NCBI GenBank assembly: GCA_964361595.1
Contig: CAYIAX010000005.1
Coordinates: 1-53,902, forward strand
Direction of reading: 5' to 3'
Origin: an uncultured Candidatus Saccharibacteria bacterium
GTDB lineage: Bacteria; Patescibacteriota; Minisyncoccia; UBA6257; 2-01-FULL-56-20
Length of the DNA: 53,902 nt
In this document: positions 39,161-47,735 of the stretch, one piece after another
Layout: each line of letters opens with the position of its first letter
How positions within the stretch are numbered: the stretch's first letter is position 1
Translations under genes and position numbers: made by a program
Notes under the pieces: model-generated
Seen by the model: the letters and a program-made list of their open reading frames with translations, nothing else
What the model was told of the DNA's origin: nothing
Database searches by the model: none

Positions 39161-39265
39161 CATTTTCTATATTCAGGCAAATCGGATTGGTAATCGATAC
39201 GAAAAATGGCTTAAAATAAAGAAAGTCCGTGCGGTTGTTTATTAAAAAGGCAGCATTGTCATGGG
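39153..39265. repeat. 113-bp hairpin-plus-core site, copy 2
   Basis: Same length and ends as 37013-37125. Confidence 0.85.
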
Positions 39266-39352
39266 AAAAAGTTCTTATAAAAATAATCATTCTCACATTC
39301 TCAAGAATGTGAGAATGTTGTATGGAAACATTTCTACAGAATCAATAAATCT

Positions 39353-39886
39353 ATGCGCATAAATGTCGGTTCGAAAAATCAAACGAAGGCGCAGGCGGTA
39401 GCGGAAGCCCTATCCGGACACGAATTGTTTAAAGATGCCGAGGTGGTGGGCGTTGATGTGGCGAGCGAACAATTTGGCCATCCGATTAAACTGGCGATCG
39501 TGGTCAAGGGCGCAATGGACAGAGCGAAGCAAGCATTCAAGGATTGCGATTATAGCTTTGGCATTGAAGGCGGTTTGATTGAAGTGCCGGAAACAAAAAG
39601 CGGTTATATGGAAGTTGCTATCTGCGCTATCTATGATGGTTCGCAATTCCATCTCGGCATGTCGCCCGGTTACGAATGGCCCAAAACAGTTACGGATTTA
39701 ATCGTGAATAAAGGCTTGGATGGCAGCCAGGCTTTGCGCGAAGCCGGATTTACAAGCCATGAGAAGATCGGCACGGCCGAAGGCGGAATTTGAATTTTAA
39801 CCAAAGGTAAAATTAATAGAAAAGAATATAACAAACTCGCTGTGCTTATGGCCCTTATCCATTTGGAGAATAAGGAGCATTACTGA
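39353..39886 (+). pseudogene. yjjX: Inosine/xanthosine triphosphatase (YjjX/DUF84) with in-frame TGA at 39791
   Basis: VGSKN..K, GAMDRA, GIEGG; homology appears to continue past the stop (GGI*ILTKGKINR...). Confidence 0.7.
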
Positions 39887-39919
39887 AACAAAAGCTCCGG
39901 TCGTTTGACTGGAGCGTGG

Positions 39920-40156
39920 TTATTTCTGATTCCTGCCCGGCAGGCCCGGCAGGTTGGAAGCGAGAAAGTTTTTGGGACCTGGGACGATTGGTTCCGGCGA
40001 ATCGTTGAGAAAATGCCGCCGCATTTCCGCGCCGGTAACCGCCCCAACTACGCCAGCTACGCTGAAGAGGGCACTTTCGCCAGCGGGGCAGTCGCACGGC
40101 AGATCGTTGTTCCCGGTTTCAATGATGCCGGTATCGTTACATTTTAGACAGGCCAT
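39920..40156 (-). CDS. Small Cys-rich hypothetical protein
   Basis: CxxCxDTG..PCDC motif; AGAAAGGA RBS-like sequence upstream. Confidence 0.55.
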   Translation of the reverse strand: MACLKCNDTGIIETGNNDLPCDCPAGESALFSVAGVVGAVTGAEMRRHFLNDSPEPIVPGPKNFLASNLPGLPGRNQK

Positions 40157-40202
40157 CGCTTTTCCTTTCTTGGGTTTGGCTCTAGAATGTTTAAATCACA
40201 TT

Positions 40203-40418
40203 ATGTTCAACAAAGCAAGCGATAACCCCAATCCGCCGCCGCGATTAGAGATTAAGCCGGGCACGCCGGTTTGGATTATCGAAAAAGAAAATTACGGCAC
40301 GAATAATTACAAGCAAGGGATTGTGCAAGATATTTTGACTTCAGTCGGAAAGCACTCCCGTGGAATCAAGGTGCGGCTTACGGACGGCTCGGTCGGCCGC
40401 GTGCAGTGGCTGATATAA
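40203..40418 (+). CDS. YwbE-family (DUF2196) protein
   Basis: IKPG..V.I..K, GIVQDILT, H.RGIKVRL.DG.VGRV. Confidence 0.8.
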   Translation: MFNKASDNPNPPPRLEIKPGTPVWIIEKENYGTNNYKQGIVQDILTSVGKHSRGIKVRLTDGSVGRVQWLI

Positions 40419-40503
40419 TGGAAAAGCACATTCTAACATTCTGCAGAATGTTAGAATGTTTGTGTTTTCTAATTCGCGCGAATTAGAAAATATAACTAGC
40501 AAT

Positions 40504-40640
40504 AAAAAACAGCCAGTTCGCGGAAGGGTGCGAGCTGGCTTAAATATTGGGGTTCGGATCTCTTCCTCTGTTGCGGAGGATTGTAGGCGTTCCTTACACG
40601 CCTCGTTGTTCGGTCCGATGAGCGGACCTATATCCGACGT
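40504..40640 (-). ncRNA. Candidate four-way-junction ncRNA with terminator
   Basis: Closing stem TCGGAT/ATCCGA around three hairpins, then AGCCAG..CTGGCT-GTTTTTT on the minus strand. Confidence 0.4.
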
Positions 40641-40724
40641 TAATTTAAGATTATGCCTCCTATCGCGCCGGTCAATCGTGGTTGTGGATAACCTAAAATC
40701 CGGATATTATCATCCTGATTCACA

Positions 40725-41306
40725 ATGAATATCTATTTTATCCGGCACGGGCAGACAACGGGAGATGTGGAGGACCGCTACGGCGGCAATTATGATGACC
40801 ATTTGACGGAGCTTGGCAAAGAACAAGCGGAAGCCCTTACGAATAAATTTGAAGGCCGCTGCGTTCAGGCCATTTTTTCGAGCCCCTTAATCCGGGCGCG
40901 CGAGACGGCGGAAATTTTAGCGAAACAGATCGGCGCGCCGGTGGAGATAGATTCCGACTTGCGAGAAGGCAATCATTACGGAATTTTGACCGGCATGCCC
41001 AGGGCCGAAGCTCGCGAGCGCTATCCGGCCGAGGTGAAAAAATTAAAGGATCGCTCGCAAACCGTGGAGGGCGCGGAACCCTACTCGCAATTCAGCGAGC
41101 GGATTATAAAAGCAATCGAACGTAGGGCAGATGATTCTCGTTACACCTGCGTAATCCTAGTAAGCCACGGCGGGCCAATGCACGTGCTTTTTCGGAAGAT
41201 TTTAAAGCGCGGAGAAATCGATCCGGGCGATTGTTCGTTCGCCGTGCTTCAATATAAAATGGGAAAGTTCGAGCTAAAAGAGAGCGACGGCATAAAATTT
41301 TTATGA
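40725..41306 (+). CDS. Histidine phosphatase (phosphoglycerate mutase-like)
   Basis: IRHGQT, SSPL.RA.ETA, LRE, VSHGG. Confidence 0.9.
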   Translation: MNIYFIRHGQTTGDVEDRYGGNYDDHLTELGKEQAEALTNKFEGRCVQAIFSSPLIRARETAEILAKQIGAPVEIDSDLREGNHYGILTGMPRAEARERYPAEVKKLKDRSQTVEGAEPYSQFSERIIKAIERRADDSRYTCVILVSHGGPMHVLFRKILKRGEIDPGDCSFAVLQYKMGKFELKESDGIKFL

Positions 41307-41430
41307 TGAATATGCGCGGTAACTCCCGGCAACCTCAATCCGTGCATTTCTGCAGCTGGGCGGGGCGGCGATAAGTTTAATTCAAGCGCAACAGTTTGGA
41401 GCGGGGCGTTCAATACGACCCGCTTTTTGA

Positions 41431-41646
41431 TTATCCAAATAACCGCAAATTTTTATCCTGTGGCGTAGTCTTAATTTTGCGGTCAATCATCTTTTTTAGA
41501 TCTTCCACGCGCACTTTCCATTCTTTCCCGATTTTAAACGCAGGAAGTTTGCCGGTTTTGCACCATTGCCAAATCGTCTTTTCGCTCACGCCGAAAAACT
41601 TGGCAAGCTTATGGGCGTCGTAGATTTTGACGCCATCTTTGGCCAT
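41431..41646 (-). CDS. Small HTH (excisionase/MerR-like) DNA-binding protein
   Basis: LAKFFGVSEKTI..WCKTGKLPAFKIGKEWKV. Confidence 0.85.
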   Translation of the reverse strand: MAKDGVKIYDAHKLAKFFGVSEKTIWQWCKTGKLPAFKIGKEWKVRVEDLKKMIDRKIKTTPQDKNLRLFG

Positions 41647-41711
41647 ACCCTTATTGTAGCACTCCCCGTGTGGCCGGTTGTAAAGGCTTTTTTAGGCGGT
41701 ATAATTCGCTT

Positions 41712-41876
41712 ATGGCCCACTATATTTGCGTTGGAGATTGCAAGGGAGTTTCTGCTGAACCCGGCGTTTGCCGAGATCAGGAATGCCGAAATCATGAAGA
41801 GTCGCTTGAGCATTGTGAATGCAAAGACGGCTATCATCATGGCCGCCGGGATGGGGTTGAGACAGGCGAAGAATGA
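41712..41876 (+). CDS. Small Cys/His-rich hypothetical protein
   Basis: HYICVGDC..PGVC..C..H..CEC.DG.H; overlaps the rnhB start (ATGA). Confidence 0.6.
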   Translation: MAHYICVGDCKGVSAEPGVCRDQECRNHEESLEHCECKDGYHHGRRDGVETGEE

Positions 41877-42541
41877 AGTATTTAATCGGCATAGACGAAG
41901 TTGGGCGGGGTTCCTTGGCTGGGCCTTTGCTTGTCGCGGCGGTTTCTCTGCCGCGAGGTTTACGCTTGAAGAAAGGTTTGGGCAAACTTAAAGATTCAAA
42001 AAAACTTACCGCCTTAAAGCGCGAACAATGGTTCAAATTTTTGCGTTCGGAGCCCAAGATCAAATTTGCCTTAGCCAGGGTCCAGCCGCGGACAATTGAA
42101 AGAATGAACGTATCGCGCGCGGCAAATTTGGCGGCGCTAAGGGCTTTTCAAGGTCTAATTTCCAATTTCCAATTTCCAATTTCCAACTGCAAAGTTCTTT
42201 TGGACGGAGGATTATATCTCGGCAATAAACGCGGACATTCGCAGATTAAACGCGGACTAACGCGGAAGATTAGTGGTCTGCGTCTGTCTGCTTACAGCGA
42301 GCGTTGGTCTGCGCGCACGGTAGTGCGAGGAGATGAAAAATTTACATCGGTCAAACTCGCCTCCATTCTCGCCAAAGTTTCCCGAGACCGCTTTATGGGC
42401 AAACTGGGTCGCCTTTATCCGCAATACGGGTTCGAAAAGAATAAGGGCTACGCCACGCGGGCGCACATCCGCGCGATTCGTTCGGTTGGTCCCTCGGAAT
42501 TGCATCGCGCCACTTTTATTAAAAACTTTGTTTCTGTATGA
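41873..42541 (+). CDS. rnhB: Ribonuclease HII (with repeat-derived inserts)
   Basis: GIDEVGRG.LAGP, DSKKL, ASILAKVSRD, YGFEKNKGY. Confidence 0.95.
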   Translation: MKYLIGIDEVGRGSLAGPLLVAAVSLPRGLRLKKGLGKLKDSKKLTALKREQWFKFLRSEPKIKFALARVQPRTIERMNVSRAANLAALRAFQGLISNFQFPISNCKVLLDGGLYLGNKRGHSQIKRGLTRKISGLRLSAYSERWSARTVVRGDEKFTSVKLASILAKVSRDRFMGKLGRLYPQYGFEKNKGYATRAHIRAIRSVGPSELHRATFIKNFVSV

Positions 42542-43278
42542 GTAGGCGCTTGGTAAAATTTTTTCTCGTTTTGGGCATTATCCAATTTATATTTGTTTTG
42601 GCTGTCTTTGTCGGCATGACCGTAACCGGCAAGGGGGATTTTAAGGCCCGGGCAGTTTTAGGCATGGGTTTGGGCCTGATGATTTTTTGGGAAATCATCA
42701 TCGGCAGTCTGATGTACCGTTATCGCGACCGGATAAAAGCGTTGATTGACCGGATTTCGCTGGGCTGGAAAACTAAATTTATCATCTTCGGCATCCTGCT
42801 CGCGATGCTCGAAGAAGTGATCACGGTAACAATGACGAACTTAGCCCCGCTTTTTGGTTTGAAAGTAGGCGAGGCATTCATCACCGCCTCGGCGAATTAT
42901 TGGGACGTGGTTTTGAGCCACAGCGTCATTATTTTCGTTCCCTGGTTCTTCGTCTGGGCTTGGCTTTTATCAAAATACGATTTCAAGCCCGCCCAGGTAT
43001 TTTTGATTTTTGGGCTTACGGGTACTTTAGCTGAAGCTGGCTACGGCGGGCCCCAGCAGTTTTTGGGCATCGGCATGTGGATGTTCGTTTATGGCCTGAT
43101 GATTTATCTGCCTGCCTACAGCGTCCCGCTGGCGGAAGTGCGCGGGGCTAAACCGCCGCCGTGGTATATCTACATTTTTATTATTCCGCTTACTTTTGCC
43201 TCAATCGTTCTTGTGGGGCCGATTGCCGCGCTCATAAAATATATCCGTCCGCCGCATTTTTTCCCTGGCGTCAAGTAG
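42538..43278 (+). CDS. Hypothetical polytopic membrane protein
   Basis: About 7 hydrophobic segments; translationally coupled to rnhB. Confidence 0.7.
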   Translation: MSRRLVKFFLVLGIIQFIFVLAVFVGMTVTGKGDFKARAVLGMGLGLMIFWEIIIGSLMYRYRDRIKALIDRISLGWKTKFIIFGILLAMLEEVITVTMTNLAPLFGLKVGEAFITASANYWDVVLSHSVIIFVPWFFVWAWLLSKYDFKPAQVFLIFGLTGTLAEAGYGGPQQFLGIGMWMFVYGLMIYLPAYSVPLAEVRGAKPPPWYIYIFIIPLTFASIVLVGPIAALIKYIRPPHFFPGVK

Positions 43279-43347
43279 GATTTATCTTTGCAGATTTACC
43301 AGCTAAGCTCGATTGACTTTTAAGCTCATTTTTCTTATTCTCATTGC

Positions 43348-43497
43348 ATGGGAGGCGTACCCGTAAAACATCATTCTAAGGGCAAAGTCGGCAGGCGGCG
43401 CTCGCATTTGGCACTGAAGAAGAAGCGCCTTTTTGTTTGTGCTAACTGCGGCGGGCCGAAACTGGCGCACCGAGCCTGCGCGCAGTGCGGGAAATAA
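43348..43497 (+). CDS. rpmF: 50S ribosomal protein L32 (not in ORF track)
   Basis: Manual translation: VPVKHHSK..RRRSH..CANCG...HRACAQCG. Confidence 0.92.
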   Translation: MGGVPVKHHSKGKVGRRRSHLALKKKRLFVCANCGGPKLAHRACAQCGK

Positions 43498-43585
43498 AAG
43501 TCAGAACCTAAAATCTAGAATTTAGAATCCAGAATGAAAATAATGAAAATTTCAGGTTCTAGGTTCTGAATTCTAGATTCTACCT

Positions 43586-44080
43586 ATGGCTACGCGGCAC
43601 CTTGTCAGAACAGTCATTCTCCAATCACTGTACGAGTGGGATTTTTACGAGCAGCAGCATGATTTGGTGCAAATACTCGAGCGCAACCTTAAGGAATTCG
43701 CCGACGGCATTGACGAGCCGGAATTTGCCTGGCGAATTATGAAAGGCGTGATCGAGCATTTGCATGATATCGATGCGATGATCGGCAAAGCTGCGCCGGA
43801 ATGGCCGCTTCAGAAAATCGCCATTATTGATAGGAATATTTTGCGCATCGGGCTTTATGAACTCTTGTATGCCGATCCGGATGAGGTGCCGCCCAAAGTA
43901 GCCATCAATGAGGCGATCGAATTGGCAAAAAATTACGGCGGGCCTAATGCCAGCCGGTTCGTGAACGGCGTTTTGGGGACGGTTTTCAAGAATATCAAAG
44001 GCGAGGCAGAAGCACCGGTTAAAAAAGCCGCCCACGAGGGCGAGCCTCGCTCCGAAGGAACGGTAGGAACGCAAAAATAA
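43586..44080 (+). CDS. nusB: Transcription antitermination factor NusB
   Basis: [24 protein letters not shown]. Confidence 0.95.
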   Translation: MATRHLVRTVILQSLYEWDFYEQQHDLVQILERNLKEFADGIDEPEFAWRIMKGVIEHLHDIDAMIGKAAPEWPLQKIAIIDRNILRIGLYELLYADPDEVPPKVAINEAIELAKNYGGPNASRFVNGVLGTVFKNIKGEAEAPVKKAAHEGEPRSEGTVGTQK

Positions 44081-44210
44081 TCAAAGGTCGAGAAAAAATT
44101 AAAAGGTAAATATCAAAAATCAAAATAACAAGGTAAGGTTTTAGAAATTTTATATTTTACAGTGTTATTTTGCATTTTGATTTTTAAAATTTGATATTCA
44201 GAGACTGCTT

Positions 44211-44903
44211 ATGCAACTCAAAGTTTTAGAGCAGGGCATTAAAGTTGAATTTAAAAACGAGGATTTGCTTAGAGAGGCGCTTACGCACCGCTCGTATTTG
44301 AACGAGCATCCAGAATGGAAAACTCCGCACAACGAGCGGCTGGAGTTTTTGGGCGATGCGGTTTTGGAGCTCGCCGTAACGGAGGAACTCTACGCGCAGT
44401 TTCCGGATTTGCCGGAAGGCCAGCTGACAATCTTGCGCGCAGCCTTAGTAAATTATCAGACGCTGGCCACGGTTGCCGCCGGTTTGGATCTCGAAGACTT
44501 TATCTTGATGTCTAAGGGCGAGAAGAGCGATCGTTCGAAAGCCCGCGAAGCCATTTTAGCGAATGCGATCGAAGCCGTGATTGGCGCCATCTATCTGGAC
44601 CAGGGTTTCGAGGTGAGTAAAAATTTCATAAAAAAATTCGTTCTTGTGCACCTAGAGGAGATTTTGGAAACACGGAGTTATAAAGACGCAAAAAGCGAAC
44701 TGCAGGAGATTGTGCAGGAAAAGCAAAAGCTAACGCCGGTTTACCAAGTTCTACAGGAAAGCGGGCCGGCGCATAGTAAGACTTTTACCGTCGGCGTTTA
44801 CTTCGGAGATTACTTAGCCGGGCAAGGCAGCGGCTCATCCAAACAGGAAGCGGAAACGGCGGCGGCGCGGCAGGCGCTGGTTAAGTTAATGAAAAAATCT
44901 TAA
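44211..44903 (+). CDS. rnc: Ribonuclease III
   Basis: ALTHRS, NERLEFLGDAVL, C-terminal dsRBD. Confidence 0.97.
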   Translation: MQLKVLEQGIKVEFKNEDLLREALTHRSYLNEHPEWKTPHNERLEFLGDAVLELAVTEELYAQFPDLPEGQLTILRAALVNYQTLATVAAGLDLEDFILMSKGEKSDRSKAREAILANAIEAVIGAIYLDQGFEVSKNFIKKFVLVHLEEILETRSYKDAKSELQEIVQEKQKLTPVYQVLQESGPAHSKTFTVGVYFGDYLAGQGSGSSKQEAETAAARQALVKLMKKS

Positions 44904-45013
44904 TGGCGTCTCTCCTCACGCGAATGGAATTGAATGGTTTTAAATCTTTTCCGCCAGAGGCGGACCCGTCTCCGGCGGGTGCCAAAAAATACTCGAGTCA
45001 TAGTTATGCCTAG
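44903..45013 (+). pseudogene. Duplicated smc 5' stub interrupted by a 30-nt palindromic insert
   Basis: MASLLTRMELNGFKSF[PPEADPSPAG]AKK versus MPRLLNRLEVNGFKSFAQK of the intact gene. Confidence 0.6.
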
Positions 45014-47279
45014 GTTGTTAAATAGATTAGAAGTAAATGGTTTCAAATCTTTTGCCCAGAAGACGGTTTTTGATTTTTCACACGGCATCACTGCAATTGT
45101 GGGACCGAACGGTTCCGGCAAGTCGAACATTATTGATGCAATCCGCTGGCTTTTAGGAGAGCGCGAGGCTAAAAATTTGCGCGGCGGCAAAGGGGAAGAT
45201 TTGATTTTTGCCGGTACGGCCAAGCGGCCGCGCTTGAGCCAAGCCCAAGCGAGTTTGCATTTCGAGAATAAAAATAAATATTTTTCCGTAGACTTTCCGG
45301 AAATCACGGTGACACGCCAGGTTAGTCGTGACGGCGTAAACCAATATTATCTGAACAAAGCCGAGATTCGGCTCAAGGATTTGATCGATTTTTTTGCCCG
45401 CGCCCGCTTAGGCAGCCGCGGTTTGACGGTGATTACGCAGGGAAACAGCGATGTTTTTATCCGCGTCGCGCCGACGGAACGCCGCGAAATGATCGAGGAG
45501 ATGATCGGCCTTCGCGAATACCAGCTCAAAAAATCCGAAGCGGAGCGGCGGCTCAAAAACACGCAGATAAATTTGGATAAGGTAAAAGCCTTGACCGAGG
45601 AAATTTTGCCCCATTTACGGTCATTGAAACGCCAAACGGGACGTTGGGAGCGCCGGTCGGCCTTGGAGGAAGAATTGCGCAACTTGGAGAACGGCGTTTT
45701 CGGCGCAGAATGGAAAGAGATTGAGCGGGAGCTTATGAATGTAGAAAAAGAACTTAAAGCCAAAGAAACGGAAAAGGCTTCCTTGCTCGATCGTCGAAAA
45801 GCGGCAGAGGAGAGAATGAAAAAAGTGGAGGCAAGCGAACCGGAAGAACGCAAGGAGATACAGGTGATCAAAAAACGTACGCAAGCGCTGCTCGAAGAAC
45901 GAAGCAGCCTGCAGAAAGAAATCGGCAGGCTCGAGGTGCAGGTCGAAATGGCGCGAGCAAGGCCTGGAACCGCCGCCGGTCCTTCGACAGCGAGTCTCTT
46001 GTCCTTGCTTAAAACTATTCGCGAGAAGCTGGGCGATCTTCCTGATATGGATCACGAAGATTTGCAGATTACTATCGAGGAGATTCGCAGTGACATTGAA
46101 GCGGTGCTGGAAGAAAAGGCCGGCGAAGAAGAAGGAGAAGCCGCCCCCTTTGGGGTCGAGCCTCGCCCTGAATCTAATTCGGGGCGGGAGCGGGAAATTC
46201 CATCCGGCTTGAGAACGGAACTCACAAAAGTTATGGCGACTTTGCATCGGATGGAGGAAGAAATTTCCGAGCTTAAGGAAAAGGAGAAACAATTCGAAAA
46301 GAACCAGGAAAGTTTTTATTCCGAATTCAAAGCGGCCGTCGCGGCATTCGAGGCCGCTAAAGATGCCGTTGAGCGCTGGGAACGCGAGCATCAGGAAAAG
46401 CGTTTTGAGCGTGAGCGCCTGGAACTGCGGCGTAGCGAATGGGAGCGCCAGATCGAACAGGCCGGGCGCAAGGCGGAAGAATTTATGAAAGCGACGAGCG
46501 ACATGGGTAATGCGACATGGGAAAAACACGGCCGGGCCGAACTTGAACGGCGGATGTTTAAGTTGCGCGGCGATTTGGCTTCGATTGGTGAAGTTGACGC
46601 GGCCTTGATCAAAGAAGCGCACGAGACAGAGGACCGCTATAAATTCTTAAGCAAGGAATCCGAAGATTTGGATAAAGCTAAAAACGACTTGCGTCTCTTG
46701 ATCGGAGATTTACAGGCAAAGATTAAGGTTGAATTTAACGAGGCCATGCACAAAATTAATGAAGAATTTGCGAAGTTCTTTACGCTCATGTTCGGCGGCG
46801 GGACGGCAAAATTGAAATTAGCAAAGGGCAAAGAGCTAATAGCAACCAACGACGACGGAACAAAGGATAAAAAAATGCCGGAGGTCGAAATTAAGGATGC
46901 GGTAAGGATCGAAAACGGCGAAGCGGAAGAACCCGAAGAAGGAATTGAAATAGATTTAAAGCTCCCGCGCAAGCGGATCACGTCTTTAGGCATGCTCTCA
47001 GGCGGCGAACGCAGTCTGGTGGGCATTGCGGCCTTATTCGCGCTTATTTCCGTGAGCCCGCCGCCGTTTCTTGTCTTAGACGAGATTGACGCTGCCCTGG
47101 ACGAAAGCAATGCCCGCAGATTTTCCGAACTGCTTAAAGAATTTTCCAAGCAGACGCAATTCATCATCGTTACGCACAACCGCGCCACGATGGAGGCGGC
47201 GGATGTCCTCTATGGCGTTACCTTGAACGACGACGAAACCTCAAAAATCGTTTCGCTCAAATTAGAACCTAGAAGCTAG
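45006..47279 (+). CDS. smc: Compact SMC-family ATPase
   Basis: GFKSF, GPNGSGKSN, Q-loop, LSGGE, LDEIDAALD, IVTH. Confidence 0.9.
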   Translation: MPRLLNRLEVNGFKSFAQKTVFDFSHGITAIVGPNGSGKSNIIDAIRWLLGEREAKNLRGGKGEDLIFAGTAKRPRLSQAQASLHFENKNKYFSVDFPEITVTRQVSRDGVNQYYLNKAEIRLKDLIDFFARARLGSRGLTVITQGNSDVFIRVAPTERREMIEEMIGLREYQLKKSEAERRLKNTQINLDKVKALTEEILPHLRSLKRQTGRWERRSALEEELRNLENGVFGAEWKEIERELMNVEKELKAKETEKASLLDRRKAAEERMKKVEASEPEERKEIQVIKKRTQALLEERSSLQKEIGRLEVQVEMARARPGTAAGPSTASLLSLLKTIREKLGDLPDMDHEDLQITIEEIRSDIEAVLEEKAGEEEGEAAPFGVEPRPESNSGREREIPSGLRTELTKVMATLHRMEEEISELKEKEKQFEKNQESFYSEFKAAVAAFEAAKDAVERWEREHQEKRFERERLELRRSEWERQIEQAGRKAEEFMKATSDMGNATWEKHGRAELERRMFKLRGDLASIGEVDAALIKEAHETEDRYKFLSKESEDLDKAKNDLRLLIGDLQAKIKVEFNEAMHKINEEFAKFFTLMFGGGTAKLKLAKGKELIATNDDGTKDKKMPEVEIKDAVRIENGEAEEPEEGIEIDLKLPRKRITSLGMLSGGERSLVGIAALFALISVSPPPFLVLDEIDAALDESNARRFSELLKEFSKQTQFIIVTHNRATMEAADVLYGVTLNDDETSKIVSLKLEPRS

Positions 47280-47381
47280 AATTCAGAACCTGGAAAGCTT
47301 GCATTTTTATTGTAAATCCGCTATTCTTTTTCCAATCTAGATTCTAGGTTCTGGGTTCTAAATTCTAGATTCTTATTCAAA

Positions 47382-47735
47382 ATGTTAGCCATTAAATTTC
47401 AGCGCGTAGGCAAAAAGCACCAGCCGAGCTATCGGGTTGTTGTCGCGGAAAAGCGTTCGAAAATGATTGCGCCGCCCGTGGAAGATTTGGGCGCTTATAA
47501 CCCGATGACTAAAAAGGCGACCTTGAAGCGCGAACGCGTGGCTTATTGGGTGAGCAAAGGCGCCCAGCCGACGGTTACGGTTCATAACCTGCTCGTGAAG
47601 GAGGGGATCTTGAACTTGCCTAAAATTAAACTGGTTTTCAAGCAAAATGCTGTGGCTGCGGCAAACGCGCCTGCAGCTCCCGCCGCGCCTGCGTCAGCTC
47701 CCGAAGCCGCGGAAACTCCGGAGGCGGCGGGCTAA
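47382..47735 (+). CDS. rpsP: 30S ribosomal protein S16
   Basis: RVGKKHQPSYRVVV, LGAYNP, WVSKGAQPT.TV. Confidence 0.96.
   Translation: MLAIKFQRVGKKHQPSYRVVVAEKRSKMIAPPVEDLGAYNPMTKKATLKRERVAYWVSKGAQPTVTVHNLLVKEGILNLPKIKLVFKQNAVAAANAPAAPAAPASAPEAAETPEAAG

Larger units (their letters stand above)
36510..39265 (+). mobile_element. Candidate secA-anchored gene-cassette array (4 cassettes, 5 repeat sites)
   Basis: CCRTGCGGTT-N20-TGTCAYGGG-type sites at 36510, 37087, 37611, 38606 and 39227; AT-rich single ORFs between them. Confidence 0.75.

Noticed and set aside
39791-39793. Genetic code 25 (TGA=Gly)
   Set aside because: TGA is the normal stop of adk, murB, secA, rnhB and rpsB, and no other internal TGA was noticed.
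41431-41646. Prophage or ICE marked by an excisionase-like HTH
   Set aside because: No integrase, att pair or phage genes nearby.
45621-46622. 333-aa antisense ORF and other shadow ORFs
   Set aside because: Opposite well-supported genes and without recognisable motifs.
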